Positions 1 to 12,912 of a DNA stretch of 64,000 nt are shown here, piece by piece. The stretch's first letter is position 1. The number at the start of each line of letters is the position of its first letter. Below the pieces are notes generated by a model. The model was given only the letters and a program-made list of their open reading frames with translations. It was not told where the DNA came from and searched no databases. This DNA is from Amphiscolops sp. MND2022 (lineage: Eukaryota). The translations under genes and the position numbers were made by a program. The stretch covers positions 55,614,001 through 55,678,000 of the forward strand of contig OZ076412.1 in the NCBI GenBank assembly GCA_964187785.1, written 5' to 3'.

Positions 1-9
1 TTCCCACTA
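1..9. repeat. Possible right TIR (TTCCCACTA) of another copy of the same hAT family, cut by the window edge
   Basis: Identical to the last 9 nt of the TIR at 26531-26539; only 9 bp are visible. Confidence 0.3.
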
Positions 10-595
10 AAAATGCTAGCAGGTTGCAGCGTATATGGCGTCATGCGTTCTTTTTTGACCTGTTTTTTTTCAACATTAACATCAATTTTCGAAGCTCTGG
101 CATAGTTTCATAGTTACACGGAACATATCTCCCCGGAAACGCCTGCTATTTCTTCTTGAAAAGGGCAATATAATGTAAAATCAAGAGTTTCAAAGTATAC
201 TTTGTTTCAGGAACAGTCAACGAAATTAAAATTCCTTTCAAGTTTTTTCGTCCGAGCTCCCAGGCTTGCAAACTGGCCTATGACAAACATTGTTATGAAT
301 TTCGACTAGACTCACCCTGTTTTTTCCAATACACAATATCATTTCGTTCAAAAAAACCTCTTTTTTTCATAAAGGTATTAGACATTTGTTCGTCGCACTT
401 TTTCAATTGCTTCTGTCCTATTTGTTGAAACGGAAAAAAACTGAAGCTCCAAGTCAAACACGGGAAATGCAAGTTTTTTTACCGATGTCGCCGAAACGCG
501 ACTATCAGCGACAATCAGCAAAATCCAAAAAAATGCTTAGGGATCAAATTACCGAGCAGAGACGAACTAGTTGTTCTCGGATCACCGCTAGGCGT

Positions 596-1133
596 AACAA
601 GCCGGGAACGGCCAAAGTCGGCGCCATATCTAAGGCTCAAAATTTAAAAGGGGGACCCTTCGGGCTTTGTGAAACTCCAGCTGGTTGCAAAAAATTCAAA
701 AAAAATTTGAAGGGGGGACCCTTTGGAGACATGAAAAAATTTCCGAAAAATTTTTTTAATGAGATTTTTGAACAGTGTCACAGTGCCAAAAAATGTAAAA
801 AGGGGGACACTTTGCGATTTTTTGACATCCATTGTGTTGCAAAACATCAAAAAAATTGAAGGGGGGACCCTTTGGGGAAAAAATTTCAATCCAAAAAGTT
901 TCAAAAAGTCGCATAGTTCCGAAAAAAAGTGGGGATCCTTAGTGTGATTTCGAGGTTGTGGACGTCTGTTTTGTTTTTTCTTTTCGTTTTGGACGCTTCT
1001 GAGGTTGGAGTTGTTGAGGTTTGAAGTTGTGGAGGTTGTTGAACAAATGAACAAAAAGTGGACATTTCGTGTCTAAAAAAAAACTACCCACTGTAATAGT
1101 CGGGCACATTTTCTACTAAAATGCGCCGACTAA
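596..1133 (+). mobile_element. Non-autonomous Helentron/HINE-like interspersed repeat, copy 1
   Basis: 5' end AACAAGCCGGGAACGGCCAAAGTCGGCGCC; internal GGGGGACCC(T) units; 3' imperfect hairpin TAGTCGGGCACATTTT-CTACT-AAAATGCGCCGACTA (1097-1132). AGTCGGCGC and GCGCCGACT form subterminal inverted repeats. The same ends recur at 15227, 22578, 29631 and 57804. Confidence 0.7.
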
Positions 1134-1446
1134 GAACCACAGGCAAACACATATGAATTAAATTGAAAAACTGAATACGTGGAAAATTTTCAGTTCACTA
1201 GAGCACTTGCACTTGCTAATTGGTTGGCTGATACGAACAAAACAGAGGTTCCTCTCGATGGGACCCAGAGTGTCGCCTGTTGTCGTGTATTTTTTAATAT
1301 CGAGTAAATTATTGCTCTGTTCATTTTATTTTGAACTTCAGTACCCTCACTGTTATCGATTACAATTAAATCTTCTAACCAATGATTTTATTTTGTCTAG
1401 TAATACGACAAACTGGTGTTCTGACCAAGCAGTGATGCACTTCCTG

Positions 1447-1500
1447 GGTTCAGATAATGACCCTTATCATTCAGATAATGACCCTTGTTCAGATAATGCG
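1447..1500. repeat. Short tandem repeat, about 3 x TTCAGATAATGACCCTT (19-21 bp unit)
   Basis: TTCAGATAATGAC(C) occurs three times in succession just upstream of the decayed Gypsy coding region. Confidence 0.7.
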
Positions 1501-1559
1501 ATAACGAACAAACGTAGTACTTACGACAGGTAATCAAAGAACAAGCAACCACAGTCAGA

Positions 1560-4500
1560 AGTTTGTCATTCAAATTGAGAACATCATCAATCACGGTGTG
1601 CTCAAGAACAAAAGGCTCCTCATTTGGCAGGACAGACTCAATAAATGTTTTTCAGGACACATATCGAACAGTTTGAAAAGATTTACCGCGAATCCATTAG
1701 CTAAAAGAATCGGAGCTTCAAAAACAAGAATTGCTGCGATTTTATACAGTCAACGAAAAGGCAGTGAAACTCTCTTTCCTCAACTGAAGTCTACACGAGT
1801 TACCATAATACACATGAACAAGCCATTATCACCATAATCAACGTTAAAAAAGGAAAAAACCCCTGATCAAAGTAAGACTGAAAAAATTACCTTGACAAAA
1901 CAAGTTGGAACATAATCTCTTCTCAAACAGTCAGCCAATGATCAAGAAAGGAAAATCTCAAGTGATGCACTAAAACTGAGTTAATTAAATGTTTTAACCC
2001 TCGTCAGTTTGGTGATGACCCTTACATTATTGCAAAAAGGCATATTCAATGCCAGTCGGAAAGCTAGGTTTTGCCGGAAGAACGATGTTCCTTTCCACTG
2101 CTCAAGGAAGTGATGCAACTGCAACTGCTAGACTCAGAGAAGCTGCTCGTTACTGCAAGTTTGAAATTCTCACAACGTCCAAAGAGAGTACTTGAATAAC
2201 AACTTTGACATAGCTGATGAACAAGTTTCTGAAACAAACGATTAAATAAAGGTCCTTTACGCAACCTGTTGCGGACGTAGAGTTTGTTTAATTTGCTTCT
2301 GAATGGGAAGAAAGAAGAAATTGAAATTTACGACGCTAAGCTCGAAATGCGTGAAAATTCAAGAACTTCAAGGACAATATTTTGACGGAAATGTGGGCAA
2401 AAATGGGTTCACCCAGCCTGATATCACATGTGAAATCGTTTAAGCTTTCGATCGCCACTTCACGAGACACGAACTGTCGTTGGACAGTGAAATAAGATGA
2501 AAAGGACGCACTTACACAATTCGACAAACTGTTATCGAATCTGAGAATCGTTGCGTTTTTATTGGACGAGACATTACACATGTCAAAAAGAATTAAAAAT
2601 CAGAATCTTTGAATTTTTTTGCAACTTTGCCAGTTTAGAGAAAAAACTGCAACAATGAAACAAACCAGATGCAATTCAAGAATAAATTGGCCAAATTGGA
2701 AGCTCAAGAAAACAGAGACACAGTGTAAACTGGTGGAGTGACAATTGCTTCACCTGTAGTTTGGCAAAGAACACTAAAAGTAGGACGCGTCTCTTTGTTT
2801 ATGAGCTGACTAAAAAGTCCATGTCGTTGATAAACTCAGGACAGAAGCTTACCCATCGCCAGATACGGAAACACTGTTTCACAAAATGAATGTGTCTGAA
2901 TTTCATTCGAAAGTCGACTTGCGGTCAGCATGCTATCAAATCCAACTAGATGATGAAGCACCGGAAGTCGCTCCTGTAAACACGACTCACGATTGTACGC
3001 ACGGAACATGCTCCGACAAAGTATGAAAGTTGTTTCAGCTATGTTCTGCGAAGGAAACGCGGCAGCCTTGAAATATTTGACAGGAGTTTTTATATTTCAA
3101 GGTGATTTCACAGCAAACAGAAAACACAAAATGTTCACGATCAATAAAACAAAGTTTGATACAATCACCAAAGAAATATTTTCCTGGGATACCCCTTTTC
3201 AGCAAAAAGAATACAGTCAGATGATTAAAACTTCATTCAATAAATTATTGAATGTTAGCACCGTAAAATGTCAGAGAAGCGGAACAATTCTTTGGGTTAG
3301 TTTTTTTCTACGGGAATTTGGACACAACTTGTAAACCAAAGTGAGCCCATTTTCTGATAAACCAAAGACTGATACAACCTCCAAGTGGACAACGAAATAT
3401 CAAATTGCTGCAGTTTACTGAAAAAAGAAGTAGCGTCAAAGACCTTAATCGAGACTTAGTGCTTAGAAAAAAGGTCACTGTGAAACACGATGCATCCAAA
3501 AGTGCCATCGATTGAACTTTGTTACAAGAAGGACATCCGGTGATTTACGTGTCAAATGTTCTCGACAGCAGAATTGGGTTATTCCAAGATTGAAGGAAAA
3601 GCATAGGCTATTGTATGTCATTGGTCGTCATCGTCAATTCTTGTTGGGTTTAAAGTTCGAACTGATCACCGACAATAAGCCGCTGAAGTTCATTTTCTGC
3701 CCAAGCAAAGAGATTCCTCAGACGAACAAGCGCGAGACTTTGCAGGTGGGTTACCTCTTTATGGCTTCTTTCAACTTTGATGTAGTTTATTGGGCAATCC
3801 GTAACGTTCTACAGGCAGTTTCCATGGGTTGTCCCCAATTTCAAATTATGGAAGCGGTACAAAGCCGTCAAAACATCCGAACATACTGTTAAACATTTCC
3901 GGATAAGCTTACGGAACTCATGCAGGTAAAGTTGAAACGAGAAATTTGATGAAACTCACATCTTGGTGACCGGGAATAAGCCGCGATATTGTGAGTTACG
4001 GGAAAAACTGCGCCAAATGCAACGAATTTATACTTTTTGGGGATAAATTTATCGGAACATAGCCCCAAGTTGCATCGTGGGAACAACTACTACACATAAA
4101 TTGGGCCCAGATACAGCAAACTGCAAGGTTCTCATATTAGTTGATGCGGGATCGGGATGGATCGAAGCCTTCATCTGCGTTGATCGCCCAACTGAAAAGT
4201 TATTTCGTTGTCCTTTGCTCAATTTAGTGTACCATTCTCATAGGTTTCTGACAACGCTAAAGAAGTAACTAATGGGAAAACCACAAGCTGGCTGGACGTT
4301 GACAAAATTTCAAAATTGTAAAAAGATGAAATCGCCTCATTACGTACCACGATCTGATGGTTTTGCAGAAAAAGCTGCACCAACAGAGTTGAATGTCATG
4401 AAGGCCTGAATATCTGACTTGAGAGTCAGTTTACACTCTTTTTAACAACTAATCTTTTCTCCCACTGAAACACGACCAACGCACATAGGGGTACCCTTGC

Positions 4501-4600
4501 CTGATCGACCTTTGAAAAATCCCGAAGGTTACTAGCAGTTATAGGCTTTGGAATTAGCCAGTCGATATTGTACGGAGCAACTGCTGACACGACTGTTATT
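1560..4600 (+). mobile_element. Decayed Ty3/Gypsy LTR retrotransposon (gag-pol remnant)
   Basis: Frameshifted RT motifs at about 2740-3000 (ASPVVWQR; DKLRTEAYPSPDTETLFHKMN..FHSKVDLRSACYQIQLD). RNase H motifs (VKHDASKSAI; LGLKFELITDNKPLKFIF) at 3480-3700. Integrase-like LILVDAGSGWIEAF and SPHYVPRSDGFAEKA at 4130-4380. LTRs not resolved. Confidence 0.8.
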
Positions 4601-5063
4601 CTTGCATGCCAAGTGTCCATCAGACATTTCTCTATATTCTTGCCAAGGACTTTCATGTTTTCGGAATCTTGTAAGACTATTGAATTCCATTCTGGGTATG
4701 TTCTGTCAGCTCCAATTTCAGTTCTTGATTTTGAAAGTTTCAATTTTTGTTTAGTTTCCTAAAATGTAACTCTGATGTAGTTTAAAAGACTTTAGTTTCT
4801 ATTTTACGTCACGGATTTATCTACAATCCTCAATTTTTGAAAAATTTCCATTGCTCAGTAAACATTTAATGTTTTCAGTTTCCGTTTTTTCGTGGCAGAC
4901 CTCACTGTATTTAAAGTAAGAAACTCTTCGTCCAAAGATGTGACAATGTGAGTGTGGTAAAATTTACGTGGACATCAAACAGCCCGCCACTTCTGCTGCT
5001 GATGCGCAGATTGCATCCGCAGATCCTTCTCAAATTCAACGTATGGACTTTGCAGAGATCCAG

Positions 5064-5695
5064 GAGGTCCAATGATAGGTTTCACAACTACTGAATCCAT
5101 GGAGAGTTTCAGCCCAATGTCTGCTGATGTCGAACGAATGTTTTTGCTGGGGAGAAGTAGTAGAAATGTTCTTTTAAAAGAATAGCAGTTTGTTTGTGGA
5201 AGTTACGTTTCGTTATTGCTCCAATATCTTGGGTTAAACTACGTCATTAAAGACTGGATTATTGAAATGTTCAAATTCATCAAACGGACTGTGGTCTGCA
5301 GGTTTTGTCCAGGAGGTTGAATAAGGTTTTTACAACTTCTGAACCCATGAAATTTTTGCGCCCAATGTCCGCTGATGTCGATAGAATGTTTTCGCTGGAG
5401 GAAGTGTCTGAACATAGAACTCCATTTTTATTGAAGGACTTCAATCCGGGCGACATATGTTCATGCTTTCTGAAAAAATTCGTTTGTGATGCTATCTTTT
5501 GAACCAACCAATCAGAATTCAACACATGAAAGTTCGTAAGAACAAGTTTGAACTGTTGATTTTCTGCCACGTTTTTTCACACTTTCCCACTTTATTTCAA
5601 GAGTCAAATTTGTTCTACTCTTCTCACTGAACAAAAACAGTTTTTTTCATTATCAAATTTAATTCAATACTTTTATAAAAACTCCTCAAACAACA
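5064..5695 (+). repeat. Putative BEL/Pao 5' LTR (3' portion), followed by a degenerate PBS-like TGGTTCTGCG at 5700
   Basis: 5401-5695 is about 80% similar by eye to 12591-12889. Both end in ACA and are followed by TTT(T/C)TGGT. An internal diverged duplication pairs 5064-5165 with 5306-5410. The 5' boundary is uncertain. Confidence 0.55.
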
Positions 5696-6233
5696 TTTTT
5701 GGTTCTGCGAATGCTCAGGAATTTCAAAATTTGGAAATTCAATCTATTGAACTATGAAATTTGAAATGGCTGAAGCTTTGAAAAGAACGAGCCATTACCG
5801 AGTCTCGGAACAATTACCAGGACAGAAAACTCAGTGAAAAAAATCCTTGAGAAGGAACCTAGCACACTAACGCTGCTGGAAATCTCAAAGATCAAGTGTT
5901 CTCTTGAAAGGTGCAGGGAACAATTGTCCAAGGTTGAAGAACAAAACGAACGCATCATCAACGAATTGACTGGAAGTGACACAATATCGGAAGAGTTTGA
6001 AGCTGAAAAGTCTAGAATTGATGATAATGATCTCAGGATCAGAGCAATGATCAAAGCGCTTCCAATGGACGAAGAACGGATCAAAGAGGCTGCTTAGGCC
6101 GCCCCGAGACAACCACAGACTGTGACTGAAGATAATCAACAATCATCCACTTCTGTATTAAAGCTCCTGAAACTCAGTCTTCCTTCATTCATTGGTAAAT
6201 ACTTCGAGTGGACACCATTTTCAGACACATTCA

Positions 6234-9200
6234 ACAACACTGTTGACAGCAATCGTACGCTTAGCAACATTCAGAAACTCCACTATCTCTAGTCTTCGCT
6301 GGAAGATGAGCCTGCTCGTCTTCTATCTCAATTACATACTTCCAGTGCGAATTACGAAGTTGCCAAAAAATTTCACTTCTCCAAGACAGGTATGCGAATA
6401 AGCGAATGATAATTCACACTCACCAAGAAGCCATTTTAGATTTTCGTCCGGTCAAAGAAGAATCACCTGATCAGCTCCGGAAATTGATTAGCAATTTCAT
6501 GGAAAACACGATGGCCCTACAAGGAATGGGATTGAATGTCGGACCATCAGACTTTATATGGTTTCACATCATAGCAAAAAAGTAGGACACCCAGTGCCGC
6601 AGACAATGGGACCATCACAGCAAGGGCGATGATGCTCAGAGCATGGACCGCCTAAAGCAGTTTCTTGAAGATAGAGCCCGAGCACTTGAAGCCTCAGCCT
6701 CATCAAGCAAGTTAGTCAAGAAAATTCAATAACCAAACGAAGTTCAAGGTTACCAAGGCTCTACTGCTAGCGTGTCCTGCGTCAACTGCTCCAAGTGACA
6801 CAAACTACACCAGTGTGATAAATTCAAGAGCATGAGTTATGAAGACAAACAGAAATTTATCAAGACGAAGAAGATGTGTTTCAATTGTTTACGACCAGGT
6901 CAGGAATCTAAAGCCTGCAAATCCAAAACAAGGTGTCAGACGTGTCAATGCTCCATCCCCCTGGTGAACAAACTGAACAGATCCCCTTGGCCAATTCGCG
7001 TTTGGGTCACGAGGGCATAATTTCTGCGAAACATACCCTACCTACAGTGGAAGTGTCAGTCATGTCGAAAACTGTCATCGCTCACAAGTGTCGAGCACAT
7101 CTGGATAGTCGATCGGAATTGACAAATATTAGCGAGGACTGTATACAACGTTTGCAGCTGAAACGATTCAAATCCGAGATACTCATCAATGGCATTGGAT
7201 GTTCATCAAAATCAACTACCAGTGGGAAGACTGATCTGACAATTGTTGATGAAAACTCCATCTCCTACGATGTTTCAGCATTTTCTTATAACGATTGACA
7301 GCTGCTATTCCTTCCAGTCCGCTGAATACCTGAGCTAACCAAATATCAAGTTTTCTGACCCAAATCTTGCAAAACCTGCCATTATTGATATCATCATTGA
7401 AATTGACCTTAATGAACAAGTCATGGAAACGAAAGAGTCCAAGTGTGTGATGGTATCTACGCACGCAAAAAAGTATTCGTGTGGACAATTTGGGATCGAA
7501 AACTGGCAAATCAGTGACAACCGTTAGTTCCTTCCAATCATCCGTCGACTTTGATTTAAAGCAATTATGGGAGTTGGGGGAAATTCCAAAAGGTCGTCAG
7601 TTCTCCAAGGAAGAAAAAGCCTGTGAGCAACATTTTGTTAACTCGACAAAACACCAAGACAACCGTTTCACTGTAAAATTACCCTTCAAGCAAGATTGTC
7701 AGTTGCGAGAAAGTTTAGATCAAGCAAACAGAAGGTTCAACTCACTTTATAATCGTCTAGATTCAAATTCAGAGCTTAAATCATGCTACAAGTCACTGAT
7801 GGTTGATCCAACAGTACAGGACGATCTTTACTCCATCATTATGCGCTTTCCACTGATGCCTGTTGCTTTGTCAGCTGATATAGAGGAATTGTACAGACAG
7901 GTGGCTTTAGACGTACCTGACAATGATTTTCATCGGAACATTTGGCGTTAAAGAAAGGACGTACATGTGCATCTTTTTCGCATGACAAGTGTGACATACG
8001 GCATTGCATCATCATCATTTCATTCCACAAGATGTCTGAAAGAAGTTGCCAAGCAAACTTGCAACTCAAAGGTCCGATATCCTTTGGTTAACTAGTTCTA
8101 TGTGGATGATTTTCTTGGCGGAGCCAATTCTGTTGAAGATGCACGGAAACTGATTGCAGATCTTCATTCCGAAATCCTCAAATACGAACTCCCACTGCGT
8201 AAATGGGTATCAAGTTGTTCTAGATTGATTAAGAAAGCTACCGCTAGCTGAATCCACCGTGGACGAAACCCCCAATGGTCTTTGAGGGAAGATAGGGACA
8301 GAATACTTTGGTTATTTTCGTTATATCTTGTTTTTTCAGTCAACCCACAGTCGCAAAAAGTATCCCCTCGAGACTTGTTTGGAATACTGCGGAAAATAGC
8401 TTATTCGTTTTCTATTAGTCTCTAGCGTATGGAAATATTCGATTCATCATCCTAGTTCAAGTCCTTGTTATCTTGTGATCGAAAATTCGTGCCTTTTACT
8501 GGACTACTGACAACTTCATATACCATTTCAACTTATCACAAGATGCATTTTACAGCTTATATTTCGGTCTTGTAGCTTATGAATCGTCACTGCTTAGCAA
8601 GCTATTCAAGAGAATTGAAGAAAACTGATATACACACCTTTATCAGGAACTGGAGCCAAAATCTTCCCCAGCGGCACCCGAGAGCCAAGTGGTGGTCCGC
8701 TCGCCTCACCTGCTCAATACGCCATCCTTCTTCGACAGTCCTCTCGCAGCTGTACATCGTGCACACTGACCCAGGCTGCACGTCCGTCCAAACAGAGTGC
8801 AAGAAGTGGCACGGGAAGTAGACGGTGCACCCAGGCTCCAGAAGAGTCCAAGACAATTGACGGGCCTGCATCCGAGAGAGACCTTGCAATAGATTGATAG
8901 TCTCAGAAAAAGACTTTCTACGATCTCTCGTGCAGCCGCTTCCAGCTTCTTGCCTGTTGGTGAAGGCAGACAGAGCATCCAATTCTTTATTCCAGTAACG
9001 AGAGTAGAAAAAAAAGTCCTTCCTCAGCAACGTCAACATGGAAGCCTCTGAAACTAGACTTCTCCACGAGAACCGTGTCACCAAGTCTCTCTGAAACCAT
9101 CTCCCTGTCGCTCAATTCCTCGGAAATTGTGGACTGCACTCGGTGGTTCCACTCCTGCACGGACTCTAGAAGGGGCCTCAACACTGTTTGACAACAGCAC

Positions 9201-12200
9201 ACCTTCCTTCCAAGTCTCTGGAAGATCATCCAACGAATGCAGCTTCCGTAGAGTCTCTTCGTCTTCTGAAAAAAGTGTTGCCACCCGCTCCTGAATGACC
9301 GCCAACTCTCGAGAATCTTCAAGCACAACACTGTTGACAGCAATCGTACGCTTAGCAACATTCAGAAACTCCACTATCTCTAGTCTTCGCTGGAAGATGA
9401 GCCTGCTCGTCTTCTATCTCAATTACATACTTCCAGTGCGAATTACGAAGTTGCCAAAAAATTTCACTTCTCCAAGACAGGTATGCGAATAAGCGAATGA
9501 TAATTCACACTCACCAAGAAGCCATTTTAGATTTTCGTCCGGTCAAAGAAGAATCACCTGATCAGCTCCGGAAATTGATTAGCAATTTCATGGAAAACAC
9601 GATGGCCCTACAAGGAATGGGATTGAATGTCGGACCATCAGACTTTATATGGTTTCACATCATAGCAAAAAAGTTGGACACCCAGTGCCGCAGACAATGG
9701 GACCATCACAGCAAGGGCGATGATGCTCAGAGCATGGAACGCCTAAAGCAGTTTCTTGAAGATAGAGCCCGAGCACTTGAAGCCTCAGCCTCATCAAGCA
9801 AGTTAGTCAAGAAAATTCAATAACCAAACGAAGTTCAAGGTTACCAAGGCTCTACTGCTAGCGTGTCCTGCGTCAACTGCTCCAAGTGACACAAACTACA
9901 CCAGTGTGATAAATTCAAGAGCATGAGTTATGAAGACAAACAGAAATTTATCAAGACGAAGAAGATGTGTTTCAATTGTTTACGACCAGGTCAGGAATCT
10001 AAAGCCTGCAAATCCAAAACAAGGTGTCAGACGTGTCAATGCTCCATCCCCCTGGTGAACAAACTGAACAGATCTCCTTGGCCAATTCGCGTTTGGGTCA
10101 CGAGGGCATAATTTCTGCGAAACATACCCTACCTACAGTGGAAGTGTCAGTCATGTCGAAAACTGTCATCGCTCACAAGTGTCGAGCACATCTGGATAGT
10201 CGATCGGAATTGACAATTATTAGCGAGGACTGTATACAACGTTTGCAGCTGAAACGATTCAAATCCGAGATACTCATCAATGGCATTGGATGTTCATCAA
10301 AATCAACTACCAGTGGGAAGACTGATCTGACAATTGTTGATGAAAACTCCATCTCCTACGATGTTTCAGCATTTTCTTATAACGATTGACAGCTGCTATT
10401 CCTTCCAGTCCGCTGAATACCTGAGCTAACCAAATATCAAGTTTTCTGACCCAAATCTTGCAAAACCTGCCATTATTGATATCATCATTGAAATTGACCT
10501 TAATGAACAAGTCATGGAAACGAAAGAGTCCAAGTCTGTGATGGTATCTACGCACGCAAAAAAGTATTCGTGTGGACAATTTGGGATCGAAAACTGGCAA
10601 ATCAGTGACAACCGTTAGTTCCTTCCAATCATCCGTCGACTTTGATTTAAAGCAATTATGGGAGTTGGGGGAAATTCCAAAAGGTCGTCAGTTCTCCAAG
10701 GAAGAAAAAGCCTGTGAGCAACATTTTGTTAACTCGACAAAATACCAAGACAACCGTTTCACTGTAAAATTACCCTTCAAGCAAGATTGTCAGTTGCGAG
10801 AAAGTTTAGATCAAGCAAACAGAAGGTTCAACTCACTTTATAAACGTCTAGATTCAAATTCAGAGCTTAAATCATGCTACAAGTCACTGATGGTTGATCC
10901 AACAGTACAGGACGATCTTTACTCCATCATTATGCGCTTTCCACTGATGCCTGTTGCTTTGTCAGCTGATATAGAGGAATTGTACAGACAGGTGGCTTCA
11001 GACGTACCTGACAATGATTTTCATCGGAACATTTGGCGTTAAAGAAAGGACGTACATGTGCATCTTTTTCGCATGTTAAGTGTGACATACGGCATTGCAT
11101 CATCATCATTTCATTCCACAAGATGTCTGAAAGAAGTTGCCAAGCAAACTTGCAACTCAAAGGTCCGATATCCTTTGGTTAACTAGTTCTATGTGGATGA
11201 TTTTCTTGGCGGAGCCAATTCTGTTGAAGATGCACGGAAACTGATTGCAGATCTTTATTCCGAACTCCTCAAATACGAACTCCCACTGCGTAAATGGGTA
11301 TCAAGTTGTTCTAGATTGATTAAGAAAGCTACCGCTAGCTGAATCCACCGTGGACGAAACCCCCAATGGTCTTTGAGGGAAGATAGGGACAGAATACTTT
11401 GGTTGATTTCGTTATATCTTGTTTTTTCAGTCAACCCACAGTCGCAAAAAGTATCCCCTCGAGACTTGTTTGGAATACTGCGGAAAATAGCTTATTCGTT
11501 TTCTATTAGTCTCTAGCGTGTGGAAATATTCGATTCATCATCCTAGTTCAAGTCCTTGTTATCTTGTGATCGAAAATTCGTGCCTTTTACTGGACTACTG
11601 ACAACTTCATATACCATTTCAACTTATCACAAGATGCATTTTACAGCTTATATTTCGGTCTTGTAGCTTATGAATCGTCACTGCTTAGCAAGCTATTCAA
11701 GAGAATTGAAGAAAACTGATATACACACCTTTATCAGGAACTGGAGCCAAAATCTTCCCCAGCGGCACCCGAGAGCCAAGTAGTGGTCCGCTCGCCTCAC
11801 CTGCTCAATACGCCATCCTTCTTCGACAGTCCTCTCGCAGCTGTACACCGTACGTCCGTCCAAACAGAGTGCAAGAAGTGGCACGGGAAGTAGACGGTGC
11901 ACCCAGGCTCCAGAAGAGTCCAAGACAATTGACGGGCCTGCATCCGAGAGAGACCTTGCAATAGTTTGATAGTCTCAGAAAAAGACTTTCTACGATCTCT
12001 CGTGCAGCCGCTTCCAGCTTCTTGCCTGTTGGTGAAGGCAGACAGAGCATCCAATTCTTTATTCCAGTAACGAGAGGAGAAAAAAATGTCCTTCCTCAGC
12101 AACGTCAACATGGAAGGCTCTGAAACTAGACTTCTCCACGAGAACCGTGTCACCAAGTCTCTCTGAAACCATCTCCTTGTCGCTCAATTCCTCGGAAATT

Positions 12201-12398
12201 GTGGACTGCACCCGGTGGTTCCACTCCTGCACGGACTCTAGAAGGGGCCTCAACACTGTTTGACAACAGCACACCTTCCTTCCAAGTCTCTGGAAGATCA
12301 TCCAACGAATGCAGCTTCCGTAGAGTCTCTTCGTCTTCTGGAAAAAGTGTTGCCACCCGCTCCTGAATGACCGCCAACTCTCGAGAATCTTCAAGCAC
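6234..12398. repeat. Near-identical direct tandem duplication, unit about 3.09 kb (6234-9324 and 9325-12398)
   Basis: ORF pairs are offset by exactly 3091 bp (6832/9923, 6933/10024, 7481/10572). The copies differ by scattered SNPs and a roughly 19-bp indel near 8757/11848. Confidence 0.95.
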
Positions 12399-12893
12399 CT
12401 GCTGGAGTATCTTTTTACACGCACTGGAGTCAAGCATGACGACTTAATCCACTTGAGGAAGATCTCGAATTCCGCAACTTCGCAGAATCACTGGCTTGCA
12501 GACCATATCCGTGGCTCTCTTTGAAGGGATCTACGCGCCGCTTCCTCCCACTTCTCTCCCTCTCGCTGTCATTATCAATGAATTGCGCCATGAAGTATCT
12601 GAAAATAGAACTCCATTTTTATTGAAGAACTTCATCCCGGGAGACTTTTGTTGATGCTTTCTGAAAGTATTCGTTTTGGATGCTAACTTTTGAATCAACC
12701 AATCAGAATTCAACACACAAAATTTTCTATGAGCAAGTTTGAACTGCTAATTTTCTGCCACGTTTATTCACATTTTCCCACTTTATTTCAAGAGTCAAGT
12801 TTGTTCTACTCTTCTCATTGAAAAACAACTGACTTTGTCATTATCAAATTTAATTCAATCATTTCTTAAAAGCAACTCTTGAAACGACATTTC

Positions 12894-12912
12894 TGGTGCC
12901 TTGACCCGGAAT
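12894..12912 (+). other. tRNA-His-type primer binding site (TGGTGCCTTGACCCGGAAT) directly after an LTR-like segment ending in ACA
   Basis: Near match to the complement of the tRNA-His 3' end, TGGTGCCGTGACTCGGAT; lies 4 nt after the LTR-like 12591-12889. Confidence 0.6.

Noticed and set aside
386-1054. ORFs of 157 and 136 aa (and similar ORFs at 15209, 22550, 29683-30166, 35104-35785)
   Set aside because: They are translations of the GGGGGACCC HINE-like repeat (KGGPF/GDPL motifs recur in every copy), not genes.
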